Notes under the pieces: model-generated
Databases searched by the model: none
Seen by the model: the letters and a program-made list of their open reading frames with translations, nothing else
What the model was told of the DNA's origin: nothing
Translations under genes and position numbers: made by a program
Shown here: piece by piece, positions 7,446-12,485 of the stretch
Numbering within the stretch: the first letter of the stretch is position 1
Layout: each line of letters begins with the position of its first letter
Assembly (NCBI GenBank): GCA_038889075.1
Contig: JAWAHS010000022.1
Span: 1 to 12,485, forward strand
Direction: 5' to 3'
DNA: 12,485 bases
Origin: Ignisphaera sp.
GTDB lineage: Archaea; Thermoproteota; Thermoprotei_A; Sulfolobales; Ignisphaeraceae

Positions 7446-8031
7446 CTACATCGCCAATGCTTATACCTCTGCACTCCCTAAAAATCTAATCTAGGTAAAC
7501 CACTATATAAATCGCACTAATACCGTCACCTACTACTTAAAAATATTGAAAACTTCCCTAATATCTCTAATAGCTACACCTATTCATAACAACTATCTTA
7601 GAATGGAGCTTCCTACCTTCAGCAATCCATAGACACCTTATTTTTGATAATACGTTTGTCTATATTGTTTAGTAGCTATACCGGATATTTATCAATACTA
7701 TTGATTTTCGAAAAGTAAATCTTATTGAATAGAATGAACTTCCCAACCAAACTAATATTCGAATAACTATCCAGTGAAGCTTTGCTGATAGTAGTAAGTG
7801 AACATTAACAATCCCAGTACAAGAATTTCTAAATATGGTGAAAATTTTCATATCATCTCTTTTACAGAGTGCCGTAGAAATTACTCTATATAAATTCTAG
7901 ACTAGATTTCTAAAAGATAGTTAAGCTTATAAATTATGAACCGCCTCTATTTAGAGGACGTTATTAGACTATTGACATTAAAATCTTTTGAATTGAAATA
8001 ATGTGGTATATAGAGAGCTGGATACAAAGTC

Positions 8032-8805
8032 TTGGTGATAAGTGTGGGCCGAACTGTTATAGTATTTGTTGGTCCTGCTGGAGCCGGTAAGTCATCACTC
8101 ATTTACGCTTATTCTAAATGGCTTGAGGAATCGTTCGGCTATAAGGTGTATAAGATTAATCTCGATCCAGCTGCTGAGTACATTCCCTACACCCCCGATT
8201 TTGATGTCAGATCTATTGTAGATGCTCATAAAGTGGCAATCGAGTATGGTCTTGGCCCTAATGGTGCGTTGGTAAAATCCATGGATATTCTAGCCAACAA
8301 GATGGAGATTATTGAAGCTGTACTCCGTAGGGTGACTTCGGACTTTGTACTGATCGATACACCAGGGCAGATGGAGATATTCATTTTCAGGGATATCGCT
8401 ATTAAGCTTGTAGATGTCTTAAGGAAAGCTTCTAGAGAGTCCGTGGTGATATTTGTTATCGATGCCGATATTATCCGCAGATATGAGGATTATGCTTTTA
8501 TTGCAATAATGTCTGTAGCTATACAGGCTAGGTTAGGTATTGATGTAGTACCTATCATTAATAAGGTAGATCTAGCTCCAAGGATAGATATAACAGGTGA
8601 TGTAGTAAGTGATGTTGATGTAGTTGCAGAAAAACTGAAGAAACTAGGAACGTATGGAGAGATGCTAAGTGGTGTTCTAAATACCATATGGCTCTATGCA
8701 AAAGCTACAAGAGTTCCTAAAGTTTCTGCAAAGACTATGGAAAATATTGAGGAGTTGCATAGAGTAGTGCATGAACTGACTTGCGCATGTGGCGATCTAA
8801 CATAG
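8032..8805 (+). CDS. GPN-loop GTPase
   Basis: Walker A GPAGAGKS, NLDP, GLGPNG (GPN at 8254-8262), DTPGQME, NKVD, VSA and C-terminal CACGDLT. Start at TTG 8032 or GTG 8035. Confidence 0.95.
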   Translation: MVISVGRTVIVFVGPAGAGKSSLIYAYSKWLEESFGYKVYKINLDPAAEYIPYTPDFDVRSIVDAHKVAIEYGLGPNGALVKSMDILANKMEIIEAVLRRVTSDFVLIDTPGQMEIFIFRDIAIKLVDVLRKASRESVVIFVIDADIIRRYEDYAFIAIMSVAIQARLGIDVVPIINKVDLAPRIDITGDVVSDVDVVAEKLKKLGTYGEMLSGVLNTIWLYAKATRVPKVSAKTMENIEELHRVVHELTCACGDLT

Positions 8806-8847
8806 CATCCATGATAGTGGTGTTTTACTTTTAAAGACTTTTATTCT

Positions 8848-9792
8848 GTGATACCATTATCGTATCTAGGGTTTATCTTGAAGAGAAAAACTCTCATAAC
8901 TATACTGTCTATAGCTGTAGTCGCTACTGTAGTTATAGGTGTATTCCTTTGGAACTTCATACAGCAGATCGAGAAAACCGTAGTAGGCTATGTAGCTATT
9001 GTTAGGCTAAGTGGTACTATAAGCTACAGTTCTGGATTATTTGGTGGAGCTGCGGTGACGCCATCGGATTTTAAATACTATGTAGATAGAATTGTTAGCG
9101 ATCCTGCGGCAAAAGCGGTTGTATTTGTAATCAATAGTCCTGGAGGCTCTGCAGCTGCTTCTGAAGAGATGTATCAGCTCATGGAGAAGCTAGCCGAGTC
9201 TAAGATTGTTGTCGTATATGCCTCTGAAACTTTAGCTAGTGGAGGCTACTACATATCTCTACCTGCCCATAGAATCATAGCTTCGCCGCACGCTTTGGTA
9301 GGCTCTATAGGTGCTATAATGATGGTTTATAACATTAATGAATTGCTCGATAAGCTCGGTATTAATGTAACCATTATAAAGTCAGGCGAGTTTAAGGATA
9401 TAGGGTCAGCAATTAGAGCGCCTTCAAATGAAGAGATAGGATTGCTGAAAGATATTATAGATAAAACAGCCAAAATATTCATTGATCGTGTTAAAAAGCA
9501 TAGAGTTGTTGATAATGACGTATTTACTGCTAAAATCTATATAGGTATCGACGCTATTGATGTAGGTCTTGTAGATGGTATTGGTACATTGGATGATGCT
9601 ATTAAAATAGCTAGAGAGCTCGCCAACATGCCGCACTATGCCCCAGTAGTGGAAATTGAAAAACCTGCTGGTCTACTCGAGCTACTTTTTGGCAGAGGTA
9701 GCCAGTTAAACAAAATAATAGATATACCAGGTAATATGATGCCTAATGAATTTGCCAATAAGATACTATACCTATGGATGCCAGGTAGCTAG
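8848..9792 (+). CDS. sppA: Signal peptide peptidase A (S49 family, 36K type)
   Basis: N-terminal KRK plus hydrophobic anchor, INSPGGS, ASGGYY (catalytic Ser), VGSIG, KSGEFKD (catalytic Lys) and GLVDGIG. Start may be TTG at 8878. Confidence 0.95.
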   Translation: MIPLSYLGFILKRKTLITILSIAVVATVVIGVFLWNFIQQIEKTVVGYVAIVRLSGTISYSSGLFGGAAVTPSDFKYYVDRIVSDPAAKAVVFVINSPGGSAAASEEMYQLMEKLAESKIVVVYASETLASGGYYISLPAHRIIASPHALVGSIGAIMMVYNINELLDKLGINVTIIKSGEFKDIGSAIRAPSNEEIGLLKDIIDKTAKIFIDRVKKHRVVDNDVFTAKIYIGIDAIDVGLVDGIGTLDDAIKIARELANMPHYAPVVEIEKPAGLLELLFGRGSQLNKIIDIPGNMMPNEFANKILYLWMPGS

Positions 9793-9856
9793 TTTAAACC
9801 ATCTAATCCTTAACCCTACACCAAATAGCAAAATCCCTTATAATACCACCATAGAT

Positions 9857-10852
9857 TCAACTATAGCCCAACATCATGGTTATAATGCATGATGTAAATG
9901 ATGTGACTATAAACACCGTATAGAGTATTATCACAAGCTCTTTTTCACTCAATGATGCTCGAGATAACGCCACTGTTATTCTAACCAATGTAATAGGTGC
10001 TCTATTGTCTATGGATGGATATATGCATCCTCTGTCATCTATATACGTTGGTCTTTTCACCATCTCTTTCTGTAGAAACCCTTTTACAGATGAGATATAG
10101 TAGAAGCCATTTATAAACATAGGTATAGATGCTAGTATGTAGTAGACCTCTGCCCTGAGCATCACAGCTGATATGGCTAGGGATGATCCTATAACAAAGG
10201 AACCTGTATTTCCATTGAATATCTTCGCAGGATATACATTGAATGGTAAGTACGATGCTAGAACCACTATAAAGATTAGTACAAGGTTTAAACTAATTAA
10301 TTCAGTTGATGTAAATAGTTTTAGTAGTAGAGCAAATAGATGTGCTGATAATGCAAATATGGGAAGAGTGCCATTGTGGGTATCTATCATATTAGCACCA
10401 TTCTGATATACTGTAAATGCTAGTAGCATTAGAATGGGGTAGATAATGGTCAATCTTGTATGTCCTATAAAAGGTATCCACGGTCTAGGCGAATACAACC
10501 CTGCTATAACTATAGGTAGTGCAGGAAGCAGCCCCAGCATTATTTTCCCCCTAGATTTTAAACCATTTAAATCATCTACAATACCAATCACCAGCGATAA
10601 GATTATTGAAGTTCCTATGGCTAGAGCCTCGATAAGCGAAGTTGTATTCAATACATAGGAGAGTGATATACCTAGTAAAAACCCTATTGCAATACTAAAA
10701 CCACCAATACACGGTATAGATGGACGCTCAATCTTATGCACATCTACACATAGAAGCCCGTATTTTCTCTCTAAATAAATCATTATCATAGTTAGTACGA
10801 ATGTTATGGTAGCCAGTGTAATATACATTAACGCTAAATACATTATTACCAC
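9857..10852 (-). CDS. aglH: Glycosyltransferase family 4 polyprenol-phosphate GlcNAc-1-phosphotransferase (AglH/DPAGT1/MraY-like)
   Basis: Multi-pass membrane protein with DVHK..P.IP.IGG, GIVDD, NGANMIDTHNG and FNVYPAKIFNGNTGS. Confidence 0.82.
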   Translation of the reverse strand: MVIMYLALMYITLATITFVLTMIMIYLERKYGLLCVDVHKIERPSIPCIGGFSIAIGFLLGISLSYVLNTTSLIEALAIGTSIILSLVIGIVDDLNGLKSRGKIMLGLLPALPIVIAGLYSPRPWIPFIGHTRLTIIYPILMLLAFTVYQNGANMIDTHNGTLPIFALSAHLFALLLKLFTSTELISLNLVLIFIVVLASYLPFNVYPAKIFNGNTGSFVIGSSLAISAVMLRAEVYYILASIPMFINGFYYISSVKGFLQKEMVKRPTYIDDRGCIYPSIDNRAPITLVRITVALSRASLSEKELVIILYTVFIVTSFTSCIITMMLGYS

Positions 10853-11007
10853 ATCTTAGGATATACTAAAGATAATCAGAGGTATAAAACGGTTAGAGAT
10901 TCTTTAATACCATCGTCATCCAGCCAAATTTGCCATAGGATAGACGTATAGCAATTCGAAATCCTAATCCTAGCCAACCCTTCTTTTCAATTCTAAAAAG
11001 ATAATCC

Positions 11008-11574
11008 TTAGATAGTGAATAAAATATTCTCCTCTCTAACCATTGCAATCCTATCGTTTGTAAGCTGATATAGCAATACGCTTACATTTCTATCTCTCTG
11101 TATCCTCAACTCTATATACGATGGTACCATCAGACCTCCTCCGCCACCCCATACCCCAGTTACAGAACCAGGATTTATATGCAGAATTCCAGAATCAAAT
11201 AATATAAATGGCGTATGTGTATGTCCAGAAATAAGAATAGAGACCCCTAGACTTCTACCAATTTTAGTCAATCCAGCAATGTTACCTCGAGGTCTAACTT
11301 GATCACCATGGATGACGCCTATCATTATACCAAACACTTCAAAAACCTCTTGCTCTGGTAGATCTAGATAATCCATGTTTCCTTGGACTACATATGCTCT
11401 ACCAGCTAGATTCTTCACATACTCCAGAACATCATAATCAACCAAATCACCAGTATGAATAACAAAATCGTATCTTTTACTCTTAAAGTATTCTACAAAC
11501 TTTGGTGGAAATTCATCCGCTCTCTCATGTATGTGACTATCACCGATTACTAGACCATATATAGCATCTCCCAT
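11008..11574 (-). CDS. YfcE/Vps29 (MJ0936-type) metallophosphoesterase
   Basis: GDSH, HTGD, VQGNMD, IHGD, SGHTH and INPGS motifs. Confidence 0.93.
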   Translation of the reverse strand: MGDAIYGLVIGDSHIHERADEFPPKFVEYFKSKRYDFVIHTGDLVDYDVLEYVKNLAGRAYVVQGNMDYLDLPEQEVFEVFGIMIGVIHGDQVRPRGNIAGLTKIGRSLGVSILISGHTHTPFILFDSGILHINPGSVTGVWGGGGGLMVPSYIELRIQRDRNVSVLLYQLTNDRIAMVREENILFTI

Positions 11575-11578
11575 TCTA

Positions 11579-11584
11579 TCACCT
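11579..11584 (-). promoter_or_regulatory. Shine-Dalgarno site of the phosphoesterase gene
   Basis: AGGTGA on the minus strand, ending 4 nt before ATG at 11574. Confidence 0.7.
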
Positions 11585-11704
11585 ACACCCTATTTCAGTA
11601 TTACAATCAAGTCAATGAAATTTTTAATTTAAAGAGCTTATTAAGGTTGCTAAGGTGCGTAAAATCAGCATCAACGAGCTTCTTATCAATTTGCACCACT
11701 CTTA

Positions 11705-11733
11705 GGAGTGCTCAGGTAGGCCTTGGGCACTCC
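11705..11733 (+). other. GC-rich RNA hairpin, candidate small ncRNA element
   Basis: GGAGTGCTCAGG-TAGGC-CTTGGGCACTCC forms a 12-bp stem with two G-U pairs on the + strand, in an AT-rich intergenic gap. Confidence 0.5.
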
Positions 11734-11907
11734 CACATCCTATATAGAGTATAGCATCGAAATAAAAATGATTGAAACATTCTATAAACTCTTCCCATAT
11801 TCACATAGAAAAATCAGAGATAGAATTCTATTGAGAATATTGACCGCATTACTAATTCTGATGACACTCGGCTATAGAGATGGATAAGAAGACGTTGACT
11901 GGATAAC

Positions 11908-12378
11908 CTATATAGAGATGTCTGCAACCATAGGCTTTAACACATCAATGAGATCTCTACTACGCATAAAGACTAGTCTATTCTTTGCACCACCGCCACC
12001 CCAAATACTATTTATCGTTAGCAGACTGTTATCCATAACCACCTTAAGTCTTTTAATACATTCAGATAATGGTGAGACTGCACCAACTTCAAACCCTGTA
12101 TACCTCTCCACCTCATCAGGCTTAGCCATCCTAATACTCCTAGCATTTAATATCGTTGAAAGCTTTCTGTAATCCAATCTCCTATTCCCTGGAAGTACAA
12201 CCGCTACAGGCTCACCATCAGCAATTATTATGAGAGTCTTTATAATTTCACTAGCTTTAGCTCCACATAGTCGAGACGCCTTCTCAACGGTTTCAACACT
12301 ATCACTGAATTCTTTCAACACTGCATTGATTCCATATCTAGCGATAAAGCTATTTACATCATCTCTACAGAGACTCAT
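11908..12378 (-). CDS. YbaK/EbsC/ProX family aminoacyl-tRNA deacylase
   Basis: TVEKAS, IIKTL (conserved Lys), TGFEVGAVSP and WGGGG motifs; 156 aa. Confidence 0.92.
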   Translation of the reverse strand: MSLCRDDVNSFIARYGINAVLKEFSDSVETVEKASRLCGAKASEIIKTLIIIADGEPVAVVLPGNRRLDYRKLSTILNARSIRMAKPDEVERYTGFEVGAVSPLSECIKRLKVVMDNSLLTINSIWGGGGAKNRLVFMRSRDLIDVLKPMVADISI

Positions 12379-12485
12379 ACATATACCCTAGGTACAACTT
12401 GTAGAGTAGATATGAATTCCTCTATCCCTCCTATAAACATTTCTACTGCAAAGGATGCTATTATTATTGACATGAATCTACCCAA

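Noticed and set aside
6682-7494. Plus-strand ORFs 6682-7014 and 7132-7494
   Set aside because: Antisense shadows of larE.
7669-7851. 60-aa minus-strand ORF in the intergenic gap
   Set aside because: No motif, no clear Shine-Dalgarno site and composition typical of random AT-rich frames. It cannot be fully excluded.
669-7891. 12-bp exact repeat ATTACTCTATAT at 669-680 and 7880-7891
   Set aside because: Repeats of this length are expected by chance in a window this size, with no sign of an element between them.
10876-10919. Possible minus-strand C/D box sRNA (ATGACGA...CTGA)
   Set aside because: Only 44 nt, no convincing D'/C' boxes, and AT-rich guides unlikely to pair with GC-rich rRNA or tRNA.
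11665-11740. tRNA gene or minus-strand C/D sRNA at the GC hairpin
   Set aside because: No cloverleaf or T-loop. Two CTGA boxes exist on the minus strand, but there is no canonical C box and the D'-C' spacing is too long.
11858-11903. Plus-strand TGATGA C box at 11859-11864
   Set aside because: The downstream box is CTGGA rather than CTGA and the internal boxes are unconvincing.
8490-12172. ORFs 8490-8687, 9424-9636, 10173-10406, 10446-10658 and 11918-12172
   Set aside because: Antisense shadows of well-supported genes.
1-12485. CRISPR array, rRNA, transposase or integrase
   Set aside because: No regularly spaced repeats, long GC-rich RNA tracts or recombinase motifs were seen.

Overview
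AT-rich archaeal chromosomal segment. The gene set, GGTGA-type Shine-Dalgarno sites and TATA boxes suggest Thermoprotei/Desulfurococcales (inferred). It holds ten well-supported genes: an MFS transporter, a stand-alone ArcS-motif (DUF5591-like) protein, a minus-strand run of larE-like sulfur transferase, copA P1B ATPase and ferritin-like protein, a GPN-loop GTPase, SppA, an AglH/GT4 GlcNAc-1-phosphotransferase, a Vps29/YfcE phosphoesterase and a YbaK-family deacylase. A 47-aa ORF missed by the ORF track opens the window, followed by possible decayed toxin/antitoxin-like fragments. No rRNA, full tRNA, CRISPR array or transposase was seen. The best leads are: (i) the copper/metal module, with an atypical CopA, no visible CopR/CopT, and a TACA-N2-TGTA palindrome plus tandem repeats upstream; (ii) the catalytic-domain-only ArcS homolog; (iii) a GC-rich, G-U-containing hairpin inside an intergenic segment bounded by inverted repeats at about 11.7 kb. 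All function calls come from motif recognition, not database searches.
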